A DNA stretch of 64,000 nucleotides, taken from the NCBI RefSeq assembly GCF_963921235.1, contig NC_086106.1, positions 21,514,001 to 21,578,000 of the forward strand, read 5' to 3'. Position numbers and translations under genes: made by a program. Origin of the DNA: Mobula hypostoma (Eukaryota). The notes under the pieces are model-generated. The model was not told the origin of the DNA. It saw only the letters and a list, made by a program, of their open reading frames with translations, and made no database searches. Below are positions 1 through 12,926 of the stretch, one piece after another (position 1 is the stretch's first letter; each line of letters opens with the position of its first letter).

Positions 1-2460
1 TTAGGTGGGTTCAGGATGATTGCTTGACACAATATGTAGATAAGCCTACAAGAGGAGTGACTGTACTTGATTTGGTACTGGGAAATGAACGTGCTCATGT
101 GTCAGATCTGTCAGTGTGAGAGCATTTTGGAGATAGTAATCATAATTTTATCCCCTTTACAATAACGTTGGAGAGCGATGGGAGCAGGTAGGTTAAAACA
201 GCGTTTAACTGTTGTAAGCGGAATTATGAGGCTATCAGGTGGTTACTTGGAAACTTAAATTGGGAACAAACGTTCTCAGGCAAGGTACAACAGAAATGTA
301 GCAAATATTCAGGTGATATTTGTCCGGAGTACTGCATAGGTAGTTTCCAAGGAGACAGAAGTTATGGTGGGATACAGGAACCGTGGTGTACAAGGGCTGT
401 AGTAAATCTAGTCAAGAAGAAAACAAAATCCTACGAAAGTTTCAGGGAGCAAGGAACTCTTAGGGATTCGGAAGATTACTTGGCTGACAAAAAGGAGCTT
501 AGGAAAGAAATTAAGAGAGCCAGAAGGGACCATGCGAAGGCCTTGGTGGCCAGGATTAAGGAAAACCCCAAGGCATTCTACAGGTATGTGAAGAACAAAA
601 GGATAAGATGTGATCTAATAGAACCCTTCAGGTGGGAAAATGTGTATGCAACAGTAGCAAATAGCAGAGGTACTTAAGTATGTGAAGTATGTGAAGAACA
701 AGAGGATAAGACGTGAACTAATAGAACCCTTCAGGTGGGAAAATGTGTATGCAGCAGTAGCAAATAGCAGAGGTACTTAATGAATCGTTTATTTCAGTAT
801 TCATCATGGAAAAGTACCTTGGTGATTGTAGTGCTCACTTGCAGCGCACTGAAAAGCTTGAGCATGTGGATATTAAGAAAGAGGGTGTGCTGCTGATTTG
901 GGAAAGCGTCAAGTTGGGTAAGACACCGGGAACGGATGAGATGTACCCCAGGCTATTGTGGGAGGAGAGAGAGGAGGTTGCGAGCCTGCGGCGATGTTCT
1001 TTGCATCATCAATGGGGACGGGAGAGGTTCCGGAAGATTGGAGGGTTGCTGATGTTGTTTCCTTATTCAAGAAGGGGAGTAGAGTTAGCCCAGTGAGTCT
1101 TATTTCACTGGTTAGTAAATTGATGGAAAAGTTCCTGAGAGGCAGGATCTATGAACATTAGGAGAAGTATAATATGATTAGGGATAGGCAGCATAGCTTT
1201 CTCAAGGGCAGATTGTGCCTTACGAGCCTGATTGATTTTTTTGAGAATGTGACTAAACACATAGATGAAGGAAGAGCAGTAGATGTAGTGTACATGGATT
1301 TTAGCAAGGCATATGATAAGTAGCCATGCAAGACTTATTGAGAAAGTAAGGAGGCATGGGATCCAAGCGGACATTGCTTTCTGGATCCAGAAATGGCTTG
1401 CCCACAGAAGTCAAAGAGTGGTTGTGGACGGGTCATATTCTGCATGGAGAACGCTGACCAGTGTTGTGTCTCAGGGATATGTTCTGGGGGCCTTAGTCTT
1501 CGTAATTTTCATAAATGACCTGGATGAGGAAGAGAAAGGTTTGGTTTAGAAAATTTGCTGATGACACAAAGGTTCGGTGTGCTGTAGGTAGTGTAGAGGA
1601 CGGTAAGGTGTTGCAGCGGGACATTGATAGGTTGCAAAACTGGACTGAAAAGTGGCAGATGGATTTCAACACAGATAAGTGTGAAGTGGTTCATTAGGTT
1701 TGGTCAAATATGATGGGAGAATATAGTGTTATTGGTAAGACTCGTGGCAGTGTGAAGGATGAGAAGGATCTATAGGATGCTCAATGCCGCTGTGCGAGTT
1801 GACGCTGTGGTTAAGAAGTCATACAGTGTATTGAACTTCATCAATCATGGATTTGAATTTCGGAGTCGAGAGGTAATGTTGCAGGTATATACGACCGTGT
1901 TCGGACCCCACTTGGAGTACTGTGCTCAGTTCTGGCCATCTCACTACAGGAAGGATGTGAAAACCATAGAAAGGGTGCGGAGGATATTTACAGGGGTGTT
2001 GCCTGGACTGAGGAGCCTGCCTAATGAAAACTGGTTGAGGGAAGTCGGCCCTTTCTCCTTCGAGCGACGGACGATGATGGGTAACCTGATAGATCTGTAT
2101 AAAATGATGAGAGGCATTGATTGTGTGGATAGTCAAAGGCTTATCCCCACGGCTGAATTGGCTGCCAGAAGGGGCACATATTTAAGGTGCTTAGAATTAT
2201 GTACAGTAGAGATGTCAGGGGTCTGTTTTTAACTCAGAGAATGGTGAGGACGTGGAATAGCCAGGCGGCAACGGTGGTAAAGGTGGTTACGATAGGGTCT
2301 TTTAAGAGACTTCCGGATAGGTACATGGAGCTTAGGAAAATGGAGTGTTATGGGCGCCCCCAGTAATTTCTAAGGTAGGGACATGTTCAGCACAACGTTG
2401 TGGGCCGAGGGACCTGTATTGTTCAATAAGTTTTCCAAGTTTTTATGTTTCTATGTTTCT
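1..2460 (+). mobile_element. CR1-clade LINE, decayed ORF2 (endonuclease end to RT) with 3' tail
   Basis: Fragmented frames QYVDKPTRGVTVLDLVLGN, NPKAFYRYV, VPEDWRVADV, KFADDTKV, HLEYCAQFW; ends in a (tttctatg)-like tail at about 2440-2460. Confidence 0.92.
584..780 (+). repeat. ~94-bp tandem duplication inside CR1
   Basis: gtatgtgaagaac...gaggtacttaa at 584-677 and 687-780, separated by a partial gtatgtgaa copy. Confidence 0.9.
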
Positions 2461-5400
2461 AACGACGTGGATGTGAAAGTGGAGATATTGCATTAAGGTT
2501 GGTGGTATTGTGTACCGAGTAGAAATTTGTCACTTGATGCGACGGGTCACAGAAAGGATGTAGATTTGGGTGGAGAAGTAAAACAAAAAACATTAAAAAC
2601 TAAAAAAGAATGTGTAAAATTACGAACGTTAGAAAATATACCTGAAAGACTGATTACAACGATACGTGGAGGATTTGTGGCCGTGCAGAGCGAGAGAGGA
2701 GTATCGGCATCTGCAGCAGTAGATCCATCAATACTGGCACTCAAACTTACATAAGAAATAATGTGGTGTACTGTCCTTCTTTGGACAATATATTGAATTT
2801 AGAAGCCGCGAGTATGCACTATACATCTGCAAAGATCCGATGAGAAAACACTCAAATGATTGCGCTATATTTTGTCCGTCTCTTTATAGAGAGGATTTAG
2901 AAAGTTTGTTGAGAGAGCTCAGAAGATTTATTCTGGGACTTCATGCTGGCGGTGGATGGAATAACAGCATTTTCTCGCCTCTCCAGGTTTACCTTCCTTG
3001 TTTTACTTTCCACCGTGATTTGACATTATGACTACAAGAAATGCTAAAGGTAAAAAAGAAAAGATTCTTCTACATCTTTGATGCTATTGTCGATTTGATG
3101 TAAAAAAAAACACTGAAATGAGGTTTCCCAGGAATTTCAGCAATTCAGAAAACAATCCTCCGAGGAAATTCAGCAGTGCAGAAAGGAACAATTTGGTTCT
3201 GAATTTGAACAATTAAGTACAAAACTGGATTCTACTCAAATAACCTTAACTGAGCATGATAAAGAAGTAAATAGGAATCAAGAATTTCTGTTGATTCTGG
3301 ATTAGAAAATGGACGACCTGCAAAAGCGTTATGGAAAGCAATCGAAGGTAAACGACGAACTACGACAGAAGATTACTGATTTGGAAAACAGAAGTAAAAG
3401 GAATAATGTACACATTCTTGGTCTCGAAGAGTTAACTGAAGCTGATCGTCCCATGGATTTTTTTTTTTTTGCAAACTTTCTGGTTCAGTTATTTCATGAT
3501 ATCTTAAAATCGATACCAGTAATCGACCGAGCGCACAGAGTACCTGGGAACAAAATGTTTGCAAGCAAACCTCGTTCAGTGGTAATCGCTTTTCTTGAGT
3601 TTCAAATGAAGGACTGTATAGATCGTGAATCTCGTGGGAAACGTATGATTGGTTTTAATGGTAAACAAATTAGAGTTGTTGAAAATTTCTCAGCACTGGA
3701 AATGAGCGAGCGGCTATGTTTAAAAGCGTCATGTCAGAGTTCTACAACAAGGATTTTTAACCTTCTCTACGGTATCCGGCGAAGCTCAGAATTACACTGC
3801 AGGACGGATGGCAAAATGATTCCGTTCGAGTTTCCAGACCCAGGAATATTTAGAGTCAGTGAAGTGATTGCATATTATTTGGTAACTGAATAACTGTTTA
3901 TTTTAACATTGGTAAACTGTGTACTCTTTTATTTTTATTTTGTACTTTTTAAGGATTTATTTCGAGAATAAGTCTTTAATGTGTTATTACTTTACCTGCT
4001 AAGTTTAAAAGTGTCATGTTAGAGCAGTTGAAAAAAAAAGCTTACATGAATAATTGTGTATTTTGCCTCTGGTGAATCCTGTAGTTATTTTTATTTTACA
4101 ACCCCTTGAAGTTTTACTTTGAGAATAAGGTTCTAATAGGCCAATATACTATTTGTCCATATTATTTTGTATATACTTACTTCTCTATAGTTTTTGATAT
4201 CAGAATTCACAGTTTCTGTATTATCTATTGTTTTAGCTATGTTGGAATATCTCAACTTTTCTAATTTATTGTGGAGGTAAGCCAGCAGGATTTTTGGGGA
4301 GATGTCGCTATTAGTTGTAGGCATCAACTTCCTTTGGTCGACTTTCTCTCTTTGGGAGAGGGGAGGGCGTTTGTGTTTTTTTTCTTTGAAGCTATTTGGG
4401 ATTCATAGTCAAACCTGTTGCTTGGTTTTCTTATATCATAAGTCACGGTTTTGTTTTATTAATATTTCTAAGGATTATCCTTTTAAACTTTCTTTTAAAT
4501 AATAATAAAATGGAATATAATATTAAGTTACTTAGTCTTGAATTGAACGGATTAAATTATCCTTTGAAGGAAATAAGATTTTTGCCTAAATTAAAAAGAA
4601 TAAAGGTCTTTTTTTTCTTCATTTTTTTACAATATACACAGGCACACAATTCTGATAACTCACGCCTTTTCAGCCGATGGAGAGGATGAACAGTTCATTC
4701 AAGTTTTCAGGCTATGGCGAGAGGATTTCAACTTTTATATAAAATACACTTTCATTTGGTAGAAAACTTTAATTGCTGGTTAGATCAAGCTTTAGATGGG
4801 TCTTCTTCTAAAGCAGCGATATGTTTATACATTAGTTTCTAATGAAAGATGGTATTGTTAATATATGGCGTTTCTTAGATCCAGCAGATAGAGAATCCTC
4901 GTTTTTCTCCCATGTTCATCATTACGTATTCCAAAATTGACCATTTTAATTGATAACCAAAATATTTCCTTATTTCGATTTTGTGAGTATAAAGAGATTG
5001 TTATTTCTGATCATACTGTTGTGCTTTTTATCCATAAATCTTCTTTTGTTCCCTCTCTCTCAGACAACAGGTTCTGGCGTCTTAATTTAACTTTGTTATC
5101 TGACAATGATTTCTTAAGGTTCTTGGACAGGCAAATTACTTCCTTTTTTGAAGAGAATATGGTAGAGGAGTCTTCCAGCCGTATAAAATAGGATTCCTTT
5201 AAATCATATATTAGAGGGCACATAATTTCTTACACTGCAATTATTAAAAAAAGCTAATTAAATTAGAATTATTTTAGCCAATCAGCTGAAACAGTTCGAT
5301 GGAAAGCATTCTTTGACTTCGGATCATGATTTATATATAAAAAACGGGTTAAAATTAAAACTAAATATATATATATATATATATTTCTTTTTTTAATTAA

Positions 5401-6767
5401 CATGCCTTATTGAATCAACTCCTAAATGATAAAAGTCAATTTTATATTCATGGAGATAAAACAGGTAAATTATTGTCTAACCAAATTAAAACTTCCAGTC
5501 CTAAATAACAGATTAAAGAAATTTATAAAGCTAACGCTATTATGACAACTGATCATTTAGAAATAAATGATACTTTTAGAGAAATTTATTCTAAACATTG
5601 TTGTTCTGATCTTCTTTAAGATAATACGGTAATGGATACTTTCTTTTACACAAAATAAATATCCCTACTCTTTTTGTTGATAACCGAAAACTGTTAGATC
5701 AATGTATTTTGCACGAAGAAGTAGCCGACGCTGTACGTTCACTGCATTCAGGGAAAGCTCCAGGTCCTGACCGATTTTCTGGAGAATTTTATAAGGCTTT
5801 TTCTTCTTTGCTTAAACCTCATTTATTTTTTCTTTGCTTATACCTCATTTTTTGCTTATACCTCTTTTTTTTTCTTTTTTCAGATTCTTTTAAGTTAGGT
5901 AGGTTGCCACAATCTTTGAATGAAGCTTTTATTTCGCTTATCCTTAACAAAATAGGAACACAGCTGAATGCTCTTCCAATAGACCAGTTATCCTAGTTAA
6001 TATTTATGCTAAAATTCTATCCATAGGTCTGGTCCGCAATTTGGAAAATACCTTACCTTCTATGATTTCTGAAGATCAGACTGGTTTTATTAAACATCGA
6101 TATTATCATTTTAATATTCGTCGATTATGAAATGTTATATATTCTCATTCTGAGGAGATATCGGAGTGAGTGATATCCTTAGATGCTGTGAAGGCTTTTG
6201 CTTGCGTTGAATGGCATGATTTATTCAAAATTGCAGAAAAAGAAATAATTTTGGGTCCAACTATCTTCAATGGATTAAATAGCAGTAATATCCGCTTCCG
6301 TTCCTTTTCTTACTAATTTCAGAATTCTAAACCATTTCAAATTCAACGAAGAACCAGGCAAGGCTGCTCTTTGAGTACTTTGCTCTTTGACCTGGCTTCA
6401 GAACTTTTAGCTACTGCTTTTTGATAATCTAATTATATCACAGTTATTTTGCGGAAGGTTACTATCCACAAAGTTCCACTCTATGTGGATGATTTATTGC
6501 TTTACATATCTAATATCCAAACTTCATTACCTTCTGTGCTTTCTTTACTCTCTTGTTTTAGTCTTTTTTTTCTGGATATCAACTGAATCGACACAATAGT
6601 GAACTTTTCCTTTGAATAATTTGCTATTAACTGATATTAACCTTCCTTTTGAAATTGTTAGAAACCAATTCACTTATTTAGGTATAACAATTACTAGGAA
6701 TGTTAAATACCTACTTAAAGATTTTTTTTTCTTAATTTATTAAATGATATCAAAAGAACATTATCAA

Positions 6768-6896
6768 CAAATCCCTTACTCACTCTTCCTTCAGTTAGTC
6801 CTGACGAAGGGTCTCGGCATGAAACGTCGACTGTACCTCTTCCTATAGATGCTGCCTGGCCTGCTGCGTTCACCAGCAACTTTTATGTGTGTTGCT
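6768..6896 (+). mobile_element. Short 3'-terminal Penelope fragment inserted in the L1
   Basis: Nearly identical to the 3' end of the Penelope at 62205-63522 (cctgacgaagggtctcggc..gaaacgtcgac); flanked by TSD TTATCAA at 6761-6767 and 6897-6903. Confidence 0.85.
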
Positions 6897-8449
6897 TTAT
6901 CAAATTGGTCGCCCCTTTCGTTATCATTAATTGTTCTAATTAATTCTATTAAAATGAATGTTTTACCTAAATTTTTATACCTCTTTCAGGCTACTCCTTT
7001 TTATTCCTAAATACTTTTTTGACTCGCTGGAGTCTATTCTATCCTTCCACATATGGTAAAATAAACGTCTTCGATTGAATAATCTCCATCTCCAGAAAGT
7101 TAAAAAGAATGGAGGTTTAGTTTTACCTAATTTTAGGTTTTATTACTTTGCAGATGATATTCAGAAACTCACGTTTTGGTTATACTGTATTAATCATTAG
7201 GACTTTTTTCGTGTAGGTTTCTTTGAAGCTAACTCGGTTAATAAATGTTGTATTATCTCTCTTTTGGGATCTTCAATTCCTTTAACCTTAAATATGATAA
7301 CTGAAAACGCGGTAGTCAAAATACTTCGAGTATTTGGATACAGTTTAGAAAACACTTTGATTTATTGAGATTTTCCCTTTCTAGCTCATGTTTTAAAATT
7401 ACTTTTAAGCCTTCTTTGACTGATGTAGATTTTAAACAATGGGGAGGATTGGGCATTACATGTTTCAAGGATCTGCTTGAGAATGAAGTCTTTCTTCGTT
7501 CGAACAATTTTCAACTAATTATAGTTTCCCATTTTTTTTTCTTTTTCCGGTACTTGGAAAGTAGAAAGTTACTGCATTGTCAATTTCATACATTTCCTAA
7601 TAGTCCTGATAAGAACGTATTGGATGAAATTCTTAATATGAAATCATTGTATACTGGTTCAATACCCATTATTTAAGATATGTTGTTGGGAATGAGAAAT
7701 TATTCTTTAAACAAAAACAAAAATCTTTGGAAAGAAGATATACAGACTTCAATATCTGAAAAAAACTAGGAATCGCATTTTTTTAATTGGTTAATACTTC
7801 ATCGTTATGTGTTCGTCATTCCCTCCTAAAATTTAAGGTGCTTCGTAGGATTTATATGACCAAGGATAGGTTATCTCGTTTTTATATAGATATATCTCCC
7901 CTCTGTGATAGGTGTAACAATGGAGAAGCTTAATTTATTCATATGTTTTGGACGTGCCGAAGTATTGGAAACTTTTGGAAGGAAGTATTCCAAACTTTTT
8001 CTGTACTCTTTAAAGTAAATTTTAAGCTTAAACCTTGAACTGCCCTATTTGGTATTGTTGAGAGGAAAGATATAATTTTGAAGACATCTGATTTCCACAT
8101 TCTGGCATTTATCTCTCTTTTGGATTGGAGGGTATGTTTCTTTAAATGGAAGGACATTGTTCCGCCTAATCGTGCACAGTGGCTAAGGGATGTTATGGCA
8201 TCCCTAAATTGACAAAAGATTCGTTGTACAATTTCTGAATCTAAACCACATTTTCAAAATTTGTGGGGGCTGTTTTTAAATTATTTTCATAATCTTTGAC
8301 CTCTCGTGAAAGTACAGAAGTTGGCTAATAGAATATTTTATTAACGGATACGTTTTTTTTTTCATTTTATTCCCAAAATGCTTTGACTTTGTTAGTGGGT
8401 GTAGATCTTTTCTTTTTTATTTCAATAGAATTGTTTATATTCTCTCACG

Positions 8450-9257
8450 TGACCAGCAACAATTAATATATAATTGAGTCAGGTTTCAAAACCAAACATA
8501 AACATTTATTAAACTCTGCTCAAAAACAGCGAAAAATATTCAAACGACTAACTTAACCTGAAGTTAACTTCTATACGGCAACACTGGAACAGTTCTAAAA
8601 GTGGTAAATTAGAACACAATCTTAAAGTGGTAAATTCGATCAGTCTTAATATGGTAAATTCGGAAGTCCAGTGATTTACACAGTCAATAAGAAGACTACT
8701 CTGGAAACAGATATCTTCAAGTCTTGACGTTACTGCTGATTCTGTCCAGAGGATTCACAACGAAAGAAAGAAAATGGTTTAAAGGAACCGTACTTTACCT
8801 GGCGAATGAACACTGCACAAACCTTCCTGGTATGACAGGAGTTATCTCAGCTGCTGATCACTATTTCTAAACGAAGATTCAATAAAGTGGATCCGGTATT
8901 AAACCGCCGAACGACGCCAACTTTACTCAATCCTTCAGGTTCCCATACTTTAGTAAGTTCTTCACTCTCCAGTACCAGATGACAATAGAATGTAAAACTC
9001 CAATTTAAAACGAAACTGCGTCATGAGACGAATATATAGCGTAACTGAGTAACTGACGAGTTAAAGAAGGTATCAACTGCTTAACAACAGGCGTTTTCAG
9101 TTAGATGCCTATTGAGAACATGTAATCACGTGACCTCACACTGGTGGGAAAATTACATCACCTAACCATCACAAGACCATTACATTATGCTCACAAGATA
9201 CTCAACTATGTCATGGTCATAAGACAGTCACAAGATACTCACGAGGTATGTAGCAAT
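8450..9257 (-). mobile_element. LTR-like repeat nested in the L1 3' end
   Basis: Shares blocks and the terminal aagacagtcacaagat..tgtagca with 18990-19758; the minus strand starts TGCTACA and has AATAAA near its other end; left boundary and TSD not resolved. Confidence 0.45.
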
Positions 9258-10746
9258 TGAAGTATATGAATTAATCTACTCTATATGAATATCGAGTAAG
9301 GAGTTGGTAAATGTGATCAATATACTGTATCTGGTATTATTACAATTCTTATTTTGTTTTATACTATGTATTCTCTTGGACTCTGTATTCTTCTATATAG
9401 AAATCAGTAAAAATATTGGAGCAGAAAGAAAATAAAAGAAGATTTATTCTGAGGCTTCCTGGATTCGAGAATGCCTGAAGGGGAAGTTTTGAGCAAATTA
9501 GATGCTTTTATTTTGTATCAACACTGGTCACAGTCAACTTATTAGAAGTGCATAAGCTTATGAAAAGCATAGATAGAAATTTTCCTTTTTCAGCGCGGTA
9601 ATGACAAACACGAGAATTCTTACCTTCATGGTGAATTTCCTGCAGATAACAGAAATAGACATTTTCTTTTGTTCACACGGAGAATAGTGAGTGACTGGAA
9701 ATCCATGCCGGAGATGGTAGAAGATTCCGGAGGATTTCTTTTAACATTCGATTGCATAGACATAATGTAGACTACAAATTGAAGTTTATTGCCTTTGTAT
9801 GAGGGAATGTGTGGATCGATAGTTCAATTGTTCTACATTAGTTGTACACGCAACGTGTGACGATACGTCTGCAGTGTTGGTCCCGTTTGATATTCTTTGT
9901 TTTATATTCCATGAAATGTCGAACGGTAGCGGATCCATCTTAAGGTATTTTGCGCAGGACCTGGGACAACTCTTTGTTAGCTTTTGTAAATATTGGATTC
10001 TTCATTCGCTGCTGACCTCCAAAATTAAAAAAAAACACTACGATTTATACAATAAATCAAAGGATGTTCGGGAACCAGCTTCCTGAGTTACTCAAATAAT
10101 CTGTCAATATATTTGGGAAATTAATTGAACAATTAACTTTGTTTAGAAAAACTATCAGTGGCATCTCATCATACAATCTTCCCATGACTTTCGTACCAAA
10201 TGACATACAGAAGAATGTGGAGGAATGTGGGTTTTGTCATTAATCACGTTCTATTCTATAGTAATATCATCTCAACATAATTTAAAAATCAGCTTCCTAT
10301 GTTCCCAATAATATTTCCATCATATTTTTTTCAGGAAAATATTTGACATTGTCTTGAAATTATTCAAATAATCGGCCTGCATAGAAGATCCAAAAGAGAG
10401 ATTTCCATGATGCATGATCTCGTAGAGGAATAAAATGTGGGACATGATTGTTATTCAATTTTTGAATAATTTGCTTCAAAAATAAATTTGTCGGAATTGT
10501 CCTGAACGAATGGTCCTTAAAAAGTTTATATTACAAATGGTGGGATGTTCATGTTCATTTTTGTTACATTGTAGTTTGTGTTATACCGTTGTTCGGAACT
10601 GCGTTCTTGGGGCAACTTGGCTTTAATGCAGGTGTGCAATAATCTCCTCCCCCTGCCTGTATTTGACTGAATGAGTTATTTTCTGTTTGACCCTGAAATA
10701 TTAGTGCAGGATTCTCAGTATATTCTCTGCGGTCTTGGCGCTCGCA

Positions 10747-10785
10747 TGTTTTTGTACAGCTCCTTTCGTATTTTGAAACGCTGTG
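10747..10785 (-). other. Second (distal) 23-RSS behind supporting V, cassette 1
   Basis: Minus strand CACAGCG + 23 nt + ACAAAAACA. Confidence 0.85.
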
Positions 10786-10801
10786 TAACACACCACATTG
10801 A

Positions 10802-10840
10802 GGTTTTTGAGTATCCGTCTTCCTCCTGTCTATCACTGTG
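10802..10840 (-). other. 23-RSS of supporting TCRdelta V, cassette 1
   Basis: Minus strand CACAGTG + 23 nt + TCAAAAACC. Confidence 0.95.
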
Positions 10841-11146
10841 CTCCTAGCCGACTTATGGCACATTGGTACAAAGCCGAGTCGCTCTCTTGCAGTTTGGAGA
10901 TCACAAACTTGCTGATTTTCTTGTCACGGTCGAGATAACCGAAGAAGTGTCTTTCGTTAGCATATACAGGATCCTGTTCTCCAGAAGTGTGGCTCTGAAG
11001 CAGAAGTTTAGGAGGCTCACCTTGGAACTGCCGAAACCAGTGTACCGTATATGCACACGATCCGAAGTACTTGCAGCTTAATGTAACGGCGTCTTCAGAA
11101 TAGAAAGATTGTAGAGGCGGACTCTTGGACTCCAGGGATAATGGAT
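10841..11146 (-). CDS. TRDV: Supporting TCRdelta V segment (leaderless), cassette 1; open frame
   Basis: Acceptor tttag|AT, then (D)PLSLESKSPPLQSFYSEDAVTLSCKYFGSCAYTVHWFRQFQGEPPKLLLQSHTSGEQDPVYANERHFFGYLDRDKKISKFVISKLQESDSALYQCAISRLG with no stop; canonical Cys/Trp/Cys plus a CDR1 Cys; followed by a 23-RSS. Missed by the ORF track. Confidence 0.92.
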
Positions 11147-11689
11147 CTAAAGGAATTAAAACGAGGGATCAGTATTATCGTTACTGTATCTGTCACCCAT
11201 AAGAATAGGCGAAGGATGCACACCTGCAGGTTTCGTTGACATCGTCTCCAAAATGTTTTTAATTCCCTTGGTATTTATTCCGCCGATTGGCTGTGGTGGA
11301 GAAATAATTGGCAAACGCGGCAGGAGGAGAAAAGAAAATACTGCATTTAAATGCTCTTAAATGTGAAACTTCACGGGAGTTAATAAATAAAATATCTAAT
11401 GTTTATGAAGCAATCTCCCAGAACCAGCACCCAGACTTAGAAGGATCTACCTCTTCTATTTTTTTAACATTCTATTTTTCTTTCGTTATTGCAAGGGAAA
11501 GACGAACAGGAAGAAAGATTGCTGCACTCTCTAGAAATAGGTTGCTCTTAGATCTAGCAGATTAAGAACCATGAAAGGGAATGATTTTACACATTTGGGA
11601 TGAAGACCAGTGGGGCAAGTAGTACACGTTGTTTACTTTTATGCATCTCGGTGTAAATAATCCAAACCATTCGGTGCAACGCACCCCAG

Positions 11690-11860
11690 TGGTGTAGGAA
11701 TCCAGCAGGGCCAGGGAGCATCAATGGAAAAGAGTAAACAGGCGATGCTTCGGGCAGAGTCAATTTAGCAGGATATTTATAGATGTTATCTGGCTTGCGG
11801 AATTCCTCTGGACTTTCGCGTGTGTTGTTTTGGTTTGCAGCAACTGCAGGTTATTTATTG
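11690..11860. repeat. Old short Penelope/SINE-like repeat in the J-to-supporting-V intron
   Basis: gcatcaatggaaaagagtaaacaggcgatgcttcgggcagag...; homologous copies at about 24190-24350 and 54030-54190 in the other two cassettes. Confidence 0.5.
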
Positions 11861-12520
11861 ATTCCCCGTTTGCTGCGCCAAGTCATCCTCCGTTTTACTT
11901 ACAGTTCAGTCAGTTTTCATTTTTTTTTCTTGATACTACTCGCTCTACTCTTACTGCATACGGTATACATGCTGTCGTCTTAAACTGTTCCCATGCAGTC
12001 TGTCAGATGTCGCTTGCATTGCAGTTTACAAGCCGGTATAGGGCTCATTCGTAACTGGGCGTCTCCGCTGACCATTTGTATCTATATTCCCTGCATATAT
12101 AGAGTTACTTTCTCGATCTTCCAATATGCCGTTTCTTTGGATGGGCTCCTTCACTTAGCACAGGACCTCCATGTGAATTTCTGTGATTCTTAATAGCGCT
12201 ATATGCAGACCCAAGATCGCCTCGACTTCTGCTGCCTCCATACCTCCTATTGTTAACGCAAACAGCTGCTCTGCTTATGTGAAAGAACGTTTACCGCTCC
12301 TCCCGAAATGCATGGTTACAGAGATGCACTGTTTTTACGATAATTGTACTTTTCCTAAGACGAGGTCATGGGTGCCAATCTAAACGCATTATTCTTTATC
12401 AAGCACAACTTTATATCTTCTATCTCTGAAATCTAAATCAAACTTGATATCTGCAGCAAAACTGCCCTTGCAGAACATTGAAAAAACGGCTTTATAAGTT
12501 TGGCCTGTTCAGATACTTAC

Positions 12521-12575
12521 CGACTGTGACGGTGACTCTGGACCCAGTTCCATCTAGATAGTCAGTGTAGTAATA
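12521..12575 (-). CDS. NAR-TCR J segment, cassette 1
   Basis: YYYTDYLDGTGSRVTVTV + G|gtaagt donor (phase 1, completes GAT with the supporting-V acceptor). Confidence 0.92.
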
Positions 12576-12614
12576 CACCGTGATCCGACTGTCAGTCTCA
12601 GTGTTACAAATATC
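12576..12614 (+). other. 23-RSS of NAR-TCR J, cassette 1
   Basis: CACCGTG + 23 nt + ACAAATATC. Confidence 0.88.
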
Positions 12615-12926
12615 TTACTCACCTCTGTGTAATTAGCAGCCGTCATTGGACAATCTGCAGCAATTCCAGGCAAGAAAAGAACTTGAAAAAACAGTATCCA
12701 ACATTCCACAAACCCGCGTGAAGTTATCTTTGAAAAAGAAAACTCTGTAAACTGGAGACTTCATATTTTCCGAATGTCGGTTCCATAAACTGCAGCAAAT
12801 GTTCAAGAAAAAAAATCCTCAAAGGAGCAAAGTTTAATGGAATTCAATAGATTACAGCGGGAAAGTAATCCGACGTATGAATCTATTTCCCAACTCCAGA
12901 ATAGAGACTTTACCGGTTCGAAAGTC

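Larger units (their letters stand above)
2936..9436 (+). mobile_element. Full-length decayed L1-clade LINE with 15-bp target-site duplication
   Basis: TSD AGAAGATTTATTCTG at 2921-2935 and 9437-9451; ORF1 motif NRSKRNNVHILGLEE (3309-3893); ORF2 remnants MEYNIKLLSLELNGLN, KAPGPDRFSGEFYKAF, LYVDDLLL and a C-terminal CDRC..HMFWTC; A-rich 3' end; many stops and frameshifts. Confidence 0.9.

Noticed and set aside
10794-10821. Complete 5' 12-RSS for the mini-segment behind the supporting V
   Set aside because: Heptamer CACATTG is present, but no nonamer at 12 or 23 nt in any copy, so it is not called a true D
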